Source: Narcine bancroftii
Lineage: Eukaryota
Length of the DNA: 64,000 nt
Assembly: GCF_036971445.1 (NCBI RefSeq)
Contig: NC_091480.1
Span: 20,956,001-21,020,000, forward strand
Direction: 5' to 3'
The notes beneath the pieces were generated by a model that ran no database searches, was not told the DNA's origin, and saw nothing but the letters and a program-made list of their open reading frames with translations. This document shows positions 1-13,063 of the stretch, piece after piece. Each line of letters opens with the position of its first letter. Position 1 is the first letter of the stretch. A program made the position numbers and the translations under genes.

Positions 1-160
1 GCCCATGCAGTAGGACCCCCACCTCCATGCTAATGACAGATCCAAAAGCAACAACAAAGGCTAATACAGTTTAGTGCCAGCAGCATCGCAGGAGTTGCCA
101 AGCTGGTGCTGAATACAGCAGTCAACCGGCTTCAGGATTCTGAAGTTGGACCAAGTTGGA
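1..160. mobile_element. Old interspersed-repeat fragment (possibly RTE-related)
   Basis: 'aatacagtttagtgccagcagcatcgcaggagttgcca' resembles a repeat I recall from batoid genomes; weak, memory only. Confidence 0.25.
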
Positions 161-1872
161 CTTTAAGTTGGACTTGGTGGTCAGAGGCTGTTTGAGTCTG
201 CCTTTGCTTCCCTGTTAATTATCATTTTGCACCTACCTAGAGGAAAGGTATCAATTAGAATGAAAGGTGCAGGGAAAATTTCATTACACCATTTGGCCAT
301 ATTGTGTAAATTGCAATATCAAACAACTTCTTGTCGAGCAGCCTCTTTTTACATGCACCTAAACCATGCTGTCTCATATCTCATGCACAAAGTCTGCACG
401 GTCTTATCGGGATTCTGATTCAAGATAGCAAACTCGTAGCATTGCTCCGTCAAACTGGGACTGGGGCAATCTTGCTGTTCCATTAACTTAACAACCCTCC
501 AAGTGTCGTGATTCTGGGTTTGCCTATAGCCAGGAAAACTCTGATTTTTTTTGGTATTACATGTCTTAACGCTCACAGATGTGAGCTAAATAATTGTACT
601 CTTATGTTTTCAAAGTTATTAGCAGTGAAATATGATCCAAGCCTTTCTAGTTATTCAATCCATATGATTTTCAAAGAAAACTTCAGCAAAGGTTTTGACA
701 AGGTCCCACATGGAAGTTTATGGGAACCAGGGCAGTTGGAAAATTAGAGGGCAATAGGAGGTAAATGATACTCCATGTCATGAGAGGTTAATATTGCCTG
801 CTCCCATGTCCAACTTGTTCTCAAAAGCAAAGTTATTTCAATTAGCCCACCACTTGAAAATCTCCCACCGTGGATGGAGATTGTATTCTAAATTTATGCA
901 TCTCATCTAACTTTGCAAATAACATGGGGCTCTGTCACGTATCAGCAATCTGCCTTTGATTTGTAATGCTCCGCGACACACAATCTATTGCACTTTCTCA
1001 GGGCCTCACATTAAACAGGTAAGGTTCTCATTTGCATTGGCATTTTAACAAGTTCAAGAACTTCAACCACAAAATATTTCTATAATGCCAACATCAGCAA
1101 CCTACCTCAACCATGATTTCTCAGGCATGCAGTCAGGATAATGACCATATACTTCTAAATCACTGGGCATCACATTACCTCACTGAAGCAAGGACAAACA
1201 GATTTGAGTGAACATCCCAATGGGGGTCAGTTATTTGTTGGCTATCAATAAAATATGTTTTCACTTAATGAATAGCAATTACAAATTAATTAAGTCACAA
1301 TCTGTGTTAATTGCCATTAGTTCTAACAATAGGTCGCAGTCTGGAGACCTTAGTCTTGACAGATCAGTGTCAGAGACTTCAAACATTCATTTCAAAAGTC
1401 CTGCCACAGGCTCGCCCTTCCAGTTACAGTCACAGGCAAAGTCTGTGGTTTGGCAACCAACAGAAAACACATGTTTGTATTCAAAGAGTCATCCATCCAG
1501 TTTAGTTTAGAAGTTAGCAAGCTCAAGATGTTGGATTTTATTTCCTTGCCTGTGTTCAGTGATTTGCTAACAACCAGATCATCCTAAATGCAGCTTGCTG
1601 CCTGAACTTACTGATGTTGATGCCTGCTTGCCTGCCCACATTTCCCTGTTTTGGATCAAGAGAGGGCCAGCCAAATTAACCCCTGCACACCCAAGAATCA
1701 TCCTTCATAGTGGAGTCAGCTGGAAGCAGAAACTAGGACTTGGGAATCATGTGCTAAGCTCCCTCCATTTCCCATCACCCCATCACATTGTACTGATGTC
1801 TTTCAAGGGTTTTTGAACTGCTTTTAAATGCCTCATAGTCAGAGATATTTTTAACCCATTCAAATAGATACA

Positions 1873-2093
1873 CAGTAAAACCCCTGTTATCCAGAATTCA
1901 AGGAACTGGCAGCCTCAAACAGCTGGCAAAAACAACCGCGGGAAATAAATAGGTAAAAAATACAAAAGTTTAAAATTAGCGCATCTTGCTGTTAGTTCAC
2001 CAATCACATAACCCACAATCTCAAGCCAACAGAAAATTCACTTTTCCAGCATCTACTCATCCCCGTAGATGCTGGATACTAGGAGTTTTACTG
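1873..2093. mobile_element. Tc1/mariner (pogo/Tigger-like) MITE
   Basis: Terminal inverted repeats cagtaaaacccctgttatcc / ggatactaggagttttactg followed by TA; a second diverged copy lies at 40886-41078. Confidence 0.75.
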
Positions 2094-3101
2094 TACAGTA
2101 CATAATTTAGAAAGGGATTTGAAATAGCTTTGAAAATAAAACACTTAGAGTACTAGAAATTAATTAAAATTAAATGTAATAAGTAAAACACCTATCATTC
2201 AGGTAAATGCTTCACTAAATAAGAGTCAATTTACTTAAATCTGAAAGACCACAGGCACCTCACATCTGGTCTCCTACTCCACAACAGTGGCGACGACATC
2301 AAACTTCCAATTTGTTTCTAAGTTGTGCATTTCATTACAGGGGGCTGAAGGCTGGGACAGTATAGTTTATGATCCTTGACAGAGCTTCAGCTCAACATGG
2401 GAAATATCTGGCCTCTTGGTTTTTGCAAACTAAGTGCAGGATAATGCAGTGCTCTCTATGATAGATATTCACCATTCATGTAGTTTAATAGAAATAATCC
2501 AGTTTATAATCCATCGAGGCACTTTCTAGCAGCAATCTGCATGGGAAGGCTTCCTGTTTCGGATTTCTGGAGCCATGGCATTGGTTAATTTGATATTAAG
2601 CAGCGAACACACAGTTGGACTGTAAAATATACTTAACTGATGAAGCTGAACAAGGTCCCAGGGGAAATATCTGCCAATAATGTAAAATAGATCTTTCTTG
2701 TTTGGAATGCATACTCAAAATAACAATGAAACATCATATGAATTACAGTGCAATCAACTAATAAAGTAAAATAGCCACTGATTAATATATATAAATATTA
2801 CAAACCTATTGAATCCTTAGTCAACTGCATCTCCCTTATAACCATCCCCATTATGAGAATTATATTTCCTTACTTTTTTCTTTGTGGGTTTTCATTTTTT
2901 TGAATTTTAATCATCTCTTTCCTCTCCAGAAATGCCTTTTGCCACTTCTTCTGATGGCTTTTTATTTTGATTTCATCGCTCCACTTCCAGGTAGTAAAAC
3001 AAGAAAGTCTGAAGACACCGGAATTGAAATGAAAACATAATGCTGGAAAAAATTAGCAGTGCCCTTTATATCGCAAAGATAAAGCTATACAACCAACATT
3101 T

Positions 3102-3707
3102 AGGTTCTCAACCTTTTTCTTTCCACTCACGTACCACCCTATGCCGTAGGTGCTCTGTTATGAGTAAGGGATTGCTTAAGGTGGGATGTGGGTGGAAAGA
3201 AAAAGTTTGAAAACCACTGCTTTAATCGTACCTAATTGACTCGTTATGCACACGGATTCAGAACTCCAAAGCAAATGGGCCAATGGCAATTTTTCTCAAG
3301 CAAAATAGTTCAGTAATAATTGAGTCTAGAGCAGTGATTCTCAACCTTCCCTTTCCACTCACAGACCAGCTTAAGCAATCCCTTACTAATCACAGGTCAC
3401 TTATGGCATAGGGAATACTGTGATAGTACAGGTCTATCACCAATGTACATAGTGTATATAGTTACAGTATCTCAACTGTGCTTACAGCGATTGGCTGAGA
3501 GCTAAGCCACGCCTACTGTCTGGGCCTTAAAGGGTTGTGTCCCTAGCCAGGTCGGATCATTCCGGACTGGTCGGCCACCTGTGAAGAGCTCCTGTCTTTT
3601 GCTAATAAAAGCCTTGGTTTGGATCACCAAGTCTTTGATTCTTTCGACGAGCTCTACAAATACTTAAAGTGGTACGTGAGTGGAAAGGAAAAGGTTGAGA
3701 ACCATTG
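3102..3707 (+). mobile_element. Composite hAT (Charlie-like) MITE carrying a solo LTR
   Basis: Termini ggttctcaaccttttt / aaaaggttgagaaccattg; same internal sequence as the copies at 26427, 54990 and 57914. Confidence 0.85.
3419..3658 (+). mobile_element. Solo LTR, 240 bp
   Basis: TG...CA ends, exact 5-bp TSD AATAC (3414-3418 / 3659-3663), AATAAA at 3604; absent from the sister MITE copies. Confidence 0.9.
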
Positions 3708-5554
3708 GTTTAGGGCTTGAGTTCAATGCCTTTCCAGTGGAATCCTGTCCCCTGCCTAATCAAGATGACGTCACAGACTTTTGAGCAATACCGCTCTGAG
3801 TCACAGGATGGGGAGTGAATTGTACGTACAGTAAATGAAAACTGTTCAGGAGTTAAAGGGAGATGTCCTTGAGCAACATGGAACTGAGGGAGCAGAGCCA
3901 TAATGGGTGGACAAGTTATGAATATAGTCTTACAGAAATACTGACAAGACTCAACAAAAGATACCTGAGATGTAAATTAAAATATGCAAAAATAAACACC
4001 AAAGCATTATATTAAAAAAAAGCAGGCTCTCCCCTTACACAGAAATCCAAAGGAACGAACACCAGTCTCATTATATATCTCAGAACATACATGTCTGATC
4101 CAGCTGGAAAAAGCTGCTCTTTCCAAGTCCAACATGCAATCAGCTATATATTTGTAGCTCACATCATGACTTTGTAGCTTTGAGTTAGACAAGTAAACAT
4201 TCATCATTTTAAAATAGTTCATTTTTGAGACTGATCCAGTTTAACCATTTGCGGTAACTTCTCATCTCAGACTGCACTGCCTAATTTCTTGCAAAATATG
4301 GAGATTTTGCAGTAACGTTAAGGGGAAAATGTTTTTGTTGAAAGAAAATGTGTTGGCTCCACTGTGAATATATTTGGCATACTTCAGCAAGCCAGAGATG
4401 CCTCAGCCGATGTGTCATAGGTCTCAGTTCCTCCTGCGCATTACTTTTATAAAAAGGGAACTAATGTGAAGCCACACACTGAGAACACAAGTGACGGCTT
4501 CTAATTAACTTTACATATCGTCTGCTTACAAAGTAAATAGCCATTATCTGAGCAGGGTGCATATGTTTTCCTCAGCAGGAGAAGGTCTTAAATTGCACAC
4601 AATTGGTGGAGTTGAAATACCTTCAATAATGCTGGTTTATATATCTTAGCATCACCAGATTATGAAAGAGGGTGGCTGGAATATAATGGCGAGAGAGGAT
4701 TTCCTGTCTTTTGCAGTTGAAAGATAATACTCTATTTTTCTCTTTAATGGCTTTTATGGCTTTTGGGTTTCTAAAGTTCTTTTAATTTCATCAATTCTCA
4801 TGAAGGTCTTGATAGATTTATTCCTTTCTTGACCACCCATGATATTTATCATCACAATACCCCTCAGTCGAAACACTCACAATCACAAGGCCAGCTTCCA
4901 TCTGTGCTCCCTGTGTCTGCCACTTCCCTGCTATCCTCAACTTTATGACCACCATTGTCCTTCATGGTTATTTGTTTAAGATCAAGTCACGGGTAACCAA
5001 AATCTTTCTCATTTTTGTATTACTATGAGCATTAATGATTTCTGAATGATACTCTCTAATTTCAACTCCCTCCACAGATTTTATTCTGACTGAATCAGAC
5101 AGCATGTCACCTCAAAATCCATTATTCGATGGGATATTAAACAAGGTTTGCTCTCTTGAACAAGATGACAAGATGGAAAATCACAGGGAAGTTATCCATG
5201 GACTTCACTCACTGTGAAGAACTTTGGAATATTATTTGGTAATGAAAGGTACTTTTATAAATAAAAGACTCCCTTCCTTTTTCAGTTTGCCTGAAGCTCT
5301 GCCTCAAAGCAGGCATTGTCAAAACTGCAACATTGCCAGCCACCATCTCTGCCTTATTTCATTGCTTCTGCATTCGCAACTGCACCCTTTCCTCCTAAAA
5401 CTCCAACGTTCAGAGTTTCAAGCTCAATAAATTAACCTTTTCATTGGTTCCCAATGTCCATTCTTACATTGGCTTGAGTCATTCAAAATCACCATTCTGG
5501 TCCTCAACTCTTTCCTCAGACCTACAGGCTTCAGTGCCAGGGCATAAGCCCGTC

Positions 5555-7030
5555 TTCTAAGTTCAAGTTTATTTATCAACCGATTGAACAAATACAACAT
5601 GATGCAACAATGTTCTCCATTCCTCATTGTGAACAATGCAAGCACTGATGCAGACATACAGGCGAACAATATGTACACTATACACAAATATTTAAATAAA
5701 TAAATATAATTGTTCAATCAATAGTAGTGCCAAGGAGGGTTTGTATGAGCAGTTTATCAGTCATTCTGCATTTCACTGCCCATGGGATGAAGCTGTCCCT
5801 CGGCCTGATGGTTGAGCCTTTGAACCTCCTGTATCTCTATCCCAAAGGCAGTAGCTGGAAGACGCTACGTGCAGGGTGGTAGGGGTCCACACCGATTTAG
5901 TGAGCCCTCTTTAGACAATGATCCCGGTAAAATTGATGGGGGGGGGGGGGGGAAGGGTGAGCTCAGTGATTGCCACTGCCTCTCTTATTGTCTGTAGATT
6001 GAACAAACTGCACTGTAATGCTGCGGGCCAGGACACATTCAAGAGAACTCTTTCTTGTAGAAAGTTTACATGGTGGTGGCTGGTAGCCTTGCCCACTTCA
6101 GTCTTCTCAGGCAGTGCAGTCGCTGTTGCTCCTTCCTGATAAGTGAAAAGATGTTGAGTGTCCACAATATGTCACTAGTTAAGTGAACTCCAAAGAACTT
6201 GGTGCTCTCCACTCTCCCTACTACAGAGTTGTTGATGTGTAGTGGAGCCTGGTGACTCCTGGTCCTCCTGAAGTCCATGATCATCTCCTTTGTCTTGTCC
6301 ACGTTGAGACCCAGGTTGTTATTCTTGCACTATTTTATGAAATTTTCCACCTCTACTCTGTAGTGTGACTCATCGTTGGTGCAGATGAGTTCAACAGCTG
6401 TTGTGTCTTCTGCAAACTTGATGACTCTGTTTGAGGTGGATCTGGTGTTGCAGTATGAGTCAGTAGTGTGAACACGAGCGGGCTGAGCACACAGCCCTGA
6501 GGAACGCCAGTTTGGTGCTCGACCTTTTGCTGCCAACCCAGACAGTCTGGTCTTTCAATTAGGAAATCCAGAATACAATTACAGAGAGGGGTGTTGAGTC
6601 CCAGCAAGGACAACTTCTCCATGAACCTCTGGGGTACAGTCATATGAAATGTCGAGCTGTAGTCTCGCATACGGGATGTTGTTTACCAGGTGGGACAGGA
6701 CGGTGTGGAGGGACAAGGCTATAGCATCATCAGTGGATGATGCTATAGCATCCACCTGTAGGAAAATTGAAGCAAGTCCAGTGTCTCTGGGAGGTACACT
6801 TTGTTGTGTTTCATCACCAGACGCTCAAAATATTTCATAATGGTGGAAGTTAGTGCCACTGGGTGGTAGTCGCTTAGGCCTGCAACTGTTGCCCTCTTTG
6901 GGACAGGGATAATGGTGAATGTCTTAACACCTGCGGGGACAACAAACTACTGCAATGATGTGCGGAAGATATTCATAAGGACCTCTGTCAGTTAGTCTGC
7001 ACAGTCCTTCAGTACCTAACCAGGTATGTT
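5555..7030 (-). mobile_element. Degenerate Rex1/Babar-type LINE (RT region and 3' end)
   Basis: Broken ORFs DYSSTF...LGLNTPLCNCILDFL, TGVPQGCVLSPL, KFAEDTT, KTKEMIMDFRR...KFFGVHL. Confidence 0.85.
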
Positions 7031-7373
7031 GATTTAATGCCCAGATTGTATCATTTATTTTGATATTTGTCAATGAGTATACTACTTATTCAAAATTTAA
7101 TACTTTTAAGATGATGTGACTCTGAGATGTCGAACCTTGCTTCTGGTTTATTTTTGCTTTTCTATTTTCTTTCTTTTTATTTCCCTCTATTCCCTGCCAT
7201 CCATCCCCTTTTCTTTCAAATCTGGGGAGGGGGCACTGGGAGAAGAGGGACTCTCCTTTCCTTTTTTTCAGACCTTATGGATGTTTTTCTATGATTTTTG
7301 TATTCTATGATATTATTGTTATTATATTAATTGAGTCATATATTCTGTATTTTCTTAAAAGATTTTTAAAAAA
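7030..7373 (+). mobile_element. Probable L1-type 3' UTR fragment
   Basis: T-rich 3'-UTR-like tract ending in an A run, similar in style to 12000-12240. Confidence 0.35.
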
Positions 7374-8669
7374 CAGGGTTGGCTGACTGGTCCTGCTGCC
7401 TTGTGAGGATTGTCCTCACCTCAGCTTCTTCTCTTGCATGGCCCCACCTTGAGGAGGTCTCCTATCAATGGCCCCAAAGGCCTGCTGAAGACTTGCAGTT
7501 TTTCAAAAGTCTTCACAGCGTGAAATGGTTTCCAACCAGCTTCAGTTATTTCCCCTCACTTCTCATCTATGATTAGTCAGGGCCTGTGTTCATCATCAAA
7601 GTGTTTTAGGATGACCCAGTCAACTTGGAGATATAGCCCATGCAGATATTAGAAGGCACTAAATCAAAGTCCGTCTAGCATTAACCAGCCACCCTTTTCT
7701 ACATTCAGTGGCGGAAACAAATGAAGGGTCTTCTCTGATGAAAGGGAAACTTCGCGAGCCCAGAGATACATTTTGCAAACATAAAACGTAAAATGACTTA
7801 TTGAAGAGAATTATTCATCTTGAAAAATCTGTGCAAGTCAAAAAGGTTCAAATGCTAGAAATCTGAAATAAAAGCAGAAAAGGACAAAACACAAGGATAT
7901 GTGGAAAGGGAAAGAGCCTTCCATCTGAAACGTTAACTCCATTCTCTTGCCTGACCTGCTGAATGCTTCCTGCAATATTTCTGTTAAAGCTGTACTTGTA
8001 TTAGCTAAATCTATGGTGGATTTTAATTGGGTGGTTGTATATATAGAACAACTAATTATTGGATGAATGTTTTTTATGTGTTTACTGCCCACTATCACAT
8101 CTGGTCTTTTTGTTAAAAAACAAAATGAAGATACTTGAGGAAATTAATCTGGCTTAAGTGCATCTCACACAAAAAAAAACTTTCAGAAAGCATCACGTCT
8201 GATTCCCATTGCTTTCTATTAAATTATTCTAAATTTAGTTGGGTGATGTTTAAACTGCCGGAAAATTATTGGATGTATCAATTGCAGATCCATTGTTAAA
8301 TAATCTGCTTACATGAAATATGAAACTTTGAGTGTTTCCATTTTACTCTGTGGTTTGTAATATATAATTTTTTATTTATTTAGAAAATTAGATGTTTCTG
8401 ACAATACTAGTATTTATTCCTCATCTTTAATTGATCTGAAATGAGGAGCTTGTAAGATTGGGCAACGTGGAATTTCCCTCCACAAATATGTACTTACTGT
8501 CTGTGTAACTGACATATAATTATTTACCATTTTACATTATTGAACTTTCTAGCTTATTAAATGTAGAATCTGAAATTAATTCCTTGCTCACAAACAGAAA
8601 TGATTGTAAAACTAGTATATTGTCGTAAGTTCAGTAAATGAGTAATATTCAGCTTAAAAAATATATTCT

Positions 8670-9038
8670 TGTGGCAGCCCACGATTGCGGAGATCGGGCC
8701 GGCACATTGTGCGGCAGCAGACGCAGACAGAGATCGCTAAAGCGACTCCCAGGACAACGAACTGGCGGGGGTAGAAGCTGGGGCAGCATCAGACCAACAG
8801 CCCTAAAATGCCGTGGGTCAAGTTGCCCAGCTAACTCAGCAGAAACAGGATGGGGAAGGAGGGCATCCAGATGCATGGACGTTCCCGCCCGCTATTGTTA
8901 TTCATAGGGCTGACTCAGTCAATCAGCAAAAGGGGCGGGAACTTGAACAGTATAAAAGCAGCCTTTCCAGTCCTAATAAAGGAGTGAGCTGAACCTGCCA
9001 CACTGTGTGTGTGTACTTCTTTGTAGCAGTCGGCTACA
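8670..9038 (+). mobile_element. Solo LTR, 369 bp
   Basis: tgtggcag...cggctaca ends, near-TSD attct/tttct, TATAAAA at 8951, AATAAA at 8975. Confidence 0.8.
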
Positions 9039-9142
9039 TTTCTAAAGTCCTGTATATAGATCAACCAAAATTGCCGAATAGACAATGAAATGCACTGTTA
9101 GTGATTACGGGTGTTCTGTCCTGAGTGTCAGTATTTTTTTAA

Positions 9143-9370
9143 TTTAGGAATATAGCATGATAACAGGTCCTTCCAGCCCACAAGCCCTTGCTGCCCAATT
9201 GACCTGCGAACCCAGAGTGTTTTTGAGGGTGAAAGGAAACCAGAGCACCTGGAGGAAACCCACGCAGACATGGGAAGAACATACAAACTCCTTACAAACA
9301 ACACCAGATTTTAACCAGGATCGTTGGCGCTGTCACAGCATTGTGCTAACCACTACACCAACAGTCCCGC
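9143..9370 (-). mobile_element. tRNA-derived V-SINE/HE1-like SINE
   Basis: Core gaaaccagagcacctggaggaaacccacgcagacatgggaagaacatacaaactcc shared with five other copies in the window. Confidence 0.8.
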
Positions 9371-9492
9371 CATTTTATGTCCAGCCAGCCTTGTTTATTT
9401 CCCCAATTATAATTCCTCACCTTGCAACACACCAGCAGCAATGCTCCAGCAGCTGCCAGCACCTATCTCTATCTTCTTAATAACTCAGCGCT

Positions 9493-12238
9493 GGGGGGCG
9501 TGGCAAGATGGCGTAGAGTCTCGACGTGTAATCTCGACCTCTCTGGCCGGACTTTTAAGTACCCGTTTTTTAACCCTTTGTTTTCAAGTTTAAACTTCTT
9601 AAATTTTAGTTTAAAGTATTAAGGAACTAGTATGGCCATTAATGGTAAAAAGATTAAACCTCAAGTGCAGAAGAAGTTACATTTTCAAAGTACTGAAGAT
9701 TTGGGGCCTAAACAACTTGCTGCAGCCTCAGGTTTACTACAAAGACTGCCTGTGGGAGCTGAAATAAAAATGTCTACTACTCACCAAGTGAAGGATAGCG
9801 CTGGAATTACCCATTCTCTGGAGGAAGGTGCATGTTCCCAAGATCCTGATTCTGGAAGCCTTTCGATTTTAATGGAGGGAGCACGCAGGAAGACGACTCT
9901 ATTGTCTGAAATGCTTCAGGCAGCACTCCAACCTGAAGATACTGATTTCCTCCGTGATTTTGCGAAAAAACAACGAGCTGCAGGGGGAGAACAGCGGCGA
10001 CCCCCTGAGAAAGTCGGGGTGCCGTCGCTGGGAGTCCAGACCCGCAGTAAAACCTCTAAAATGCCTTTTGTTGAGTTGCAGCAGGAGCTGCAGTTATCTG
10101 GTTCTGCCACTATGTCAGAGAAAACAGGGCTGAGCTTTTCTGAGCTACAATGTATGCAGTTAAACGCTGTCATTCAACCCTTACTGAATGAGACGGCCCA
10201 AATGAATGCTAATATAAGTTCAGAATTGAATACAGTTATAACACGTGTGGAAGCATCTTGTGAAGATTTTAAAAAATTTCAGTCTGCTTTTTTGGAATGT
10301 AAACAGCAAGTGGTTTCTAACACGGAAAAAGTGTTGAAGGTTGAAAAATCAGTTATAGAATTGCGAGAATGTGAGAAGGAGTTAGAGAGGAAAATAGACT
10401 ACTTGGAGATTCAAAGCAGAAGGAATAATGTGAAAATCATTGGTTTGCCAGAAGGTATGGAAGGACAAAATCCTCTTTGTTTTTTTAAAGACTGGATCCC
10501 ATAAGTACTAGGGCAAGAATTTTTTTCTGGAGGCTTGGTATTGGAAAGAGCTCATAGAGCTTCAAGAAGAACACCTTTACCTGGTCAACCACTGAGACCG
10601 GTAACAATTTGATGTTTGAATTATTTGGACAGAGAAGCAATACTTCGATTAGCAGTGCAAAATGGGAGACGACAACAAACTCCATTATTGATTCAGAATA
10701 GCAGAGTTTTTTTTAAATCCTGATTTGAGTCAAGAGGTCATTCAACGTCGACGTCGATTTAATTCAGTTAAAGAAGTTTTGTGGCGTAAAGGTTATAAGT
10801 CTACTTTTCACTATCCGGCAGTGTTGAAGGTGTTTTATGGAGACTATCAATCTCGGTTTTTTGAGAATGATCGTGAAGCAGATTTTTGCTTATTCGTTGC
10901 CAGATATAAGAGGACAAAGACGTAGTCCACCATTGTCTCCTAAAGAAAAATCTGGTTGTTCTGGAAATGGAAGAAATGGCAGAAATGGGAAAAACAGGAA
11001 TGGAAAGAGTCCAACTTCTTTTGGAATAGGATCTCCGAGTTTGGAATCTCTTGGATGAAAAGAAGAATTTTCTTATTTTACTTTTTATGTTATCATGATA
11101 TTTTGATGTTGTTTTGTTCGGCTGGGGAGGGAGAGATTTGCTCTAGGTTCTACTAGTCATCAGCCACTGGTGGGTGACCCACACCCAATTTTTGTTTAGG
11201 GATTACTACCTTTTGGTAGTTTTTTTTTGGGGGGGGGATTTTTTTTTCTTTATTTCTTTTTATTTTCATTTTAGTTAGGTTTTAATTTGTGACTTTTTTC
11301 TCCTATTGGAGGGCTTATATATGTTGATTTGAGTTTTCATATAAAGATATTATTGGTATTTAGTAATATTAGTGGATATGTCAAAGTTGAAGTTTGCCAC
11401 TTTTAAAGTTCGAGGTTTAAATAGTCCGATCAAGCGTAAGCGAGTCTTGGCGTATATAAAGAAAATGAAAATTGATGTTGCTTTTTACATACATTTGGTA
11501 GAGATATGATTTTACCTGAAATGACTACATTTGAGACTTTTCTTATGAAGATACCAGAGAAGGGTTATATTTCATCTATGTATCAAATACTACAGGATGG
11601 TACGGATAAAAAGGGTTGGGATAAATCCAAAAGTAAATGGGAAGCGGATATTGGTTTTATTTTTTCCGAGGATGATTGGTTAGATATCTGACATGATAGT
11701 GTAACTAGATTGATAAATGCACGTTATGCAATGATTAATTATAATTTTCTACGCCAATTATACTTAACACCTGAAAAATTAAAGAAGTATGGTTTTCATG
11801 AATCAGATTTGTGTTTTAGATGTGGTAATTCTGTTGGAACTTTTTTTCATGCTGTCTGGTCATGTATATATATATATATATATATATGATACAAATATGA
11901 ATGATATTGATAGATGGCATGAGATGAAAAATTGTTTAATAATGGAAAATATTACATATGTTTCACATGATAATTACAGGTTTTTTTATTAATAAGTGGT
12001 TGTTATATTCAGAATATTTACATTTTAATTTACATTGATTAGATCTTGATATGTATGTTTAATTTTTCCTTAATTTTTATTTTAATTTATGGCTTTCCTT
12101 CGGAGAGCTGGCTGAAGTGGGGGGGGGGGGGGCGGGGATTCTTTTTTTATAAAAAAAATAATGTTCATGTTTATGGTTAATTGTTGTATATTTTATCTAC
12201 TATTTGTATTTTGAACGAATAAATAAAGTTTTAAAAAA
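9493..12238 (+). mobile_element. Internally deleted L1-clade element with both termini
   Basis: 5' ggggggcgtggcaagatggcg. ORF1 at 9632-10504 (coiled coil + LEIQSRRNNVKIIGLPEG) then broken. ORF2 start at 11378 (MSKLKFATFKVRGLNSPIKRKRV) fused to the C-terminal CFRC...FHAVWSC region. AATAAA + poly(A); TSD aactcagcgct / aactcagcact. Confidence 0.9.
9632..10504 (+). pseudogene. L1 ORF1p N-terminal part (premature stop; degraded continuation to about 11058)
   Basis: KIDYLEIQSRRNNVKIIGLPEGMEG is the L1 ORF1 RRM-start motif. Confidence 0.85.
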
Positions 12239-12461
12239 AACTCAGCACTCCAGCATAGGTGCACCCCAACACTTCAATACTGAGCTTCTGAGTCACAGGA
12301 CACTGATCCTGGAATGTCTGGTCTACAAGACTGACTTCTTCAATGCTAATTTACGTCCTCAGTGTGCTACTGACATCCGTCAATCCTATCTGCTCCAGTC
12401 AATGTTGACACACAAGCACCAAAGCAGATTTACCTGATGAGGCAAAATTCAGTGCTCTTGG

Positions 12462-12658
12462 TTAGTCATTCTCAACCTTTTTTTTTTGGCCCCCTTTGAC
12501 TTTGCTCGAAGTTTCCCTGTGAGGCAGTCAAGTTCAGTTGGTTTCTTATGGGCCCCCTTATTAAGGACCTCAGTCTGTGGACCCCCTTAAATATGCTTTG
12601 GCCCCCAGAAGAGGGGGGGCAGTTTGGGGGCATATGGCTCCCATTGAGAATGGCTGCT
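12462..12658. mobile_element. hAT-like MITE, second family
   Basis: agtcattctcaa ... ttgagaatggctg termini followed by ctctagat; internal ggcccc subrepeats. Confidence 0.6.
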
Positions 12659-12914
12659 CTAGATTATGAAGGAGGGCTCACTAAATTAACCACATTTATT
12701 GGAAGGAAAATAGATCGTGCATGTTTCAAACCTTATAAATGTTTTTCACAGATTATAGGGTACATACGGAGTCCCTGCTCATTTGTTGCATGGTTCAAAT
12801 AAATATGACGAGCTCTTAGTTCAATTGATTACATTTTTGTTGTTGCTGCTGTCAAGCTGGTGACAACAGAAACATCCTTGAAGAGTTTTCAGCCCATAAC
12901 ATCGACTGTTTTTG

Positions 12915-13063
12915 CAGTGGTTCGGAACCTTTTTTTTCCCCCACTCAAATACCACCTTAAGCAATCCATTACTAACCAGAGAGCCCCTATGGCATCCTAT
13001 GCCATAAGTGCTCTGTTGTTGGTAAGGTGGTATGAGTGAAAATAAAAAGGTTGAGAACCACTG
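12915..13063. mobile_element. Monomeric palindromic hAT MITE (single unit of the composite family)
   Basis: cagtggttcggaacc ... ggttgagaaccactg; internal ataccaccttaagcaatcc as in the composite halves. Confidence 0.8.

Larger units (their letters stand above)
3000..3725 (-). mobile_element. Penelope-like element terminus interrupted by a hAT MITE
   Basis: atgctggaaaaaattagc...aaagctatacaaccaacatt resumes as tttagggcttgag after the MITE; same terminus as at 24545 and 51095. Confidence 0.6.

Noticed and set aside
349-576. 75-aa minus ORF (MEQQDCPSPSLTEQCYEF...) as an exon of a neighbouring gene
   Set aside because: No recognisable homology and no convincing splice-site pair; cannot be supported without a search
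680-722. FSKGFDKVPHG reverse-transcriptase-like peptide
   Set aside because: CR1 relic of only about 40 bp; too short to annotate as an element
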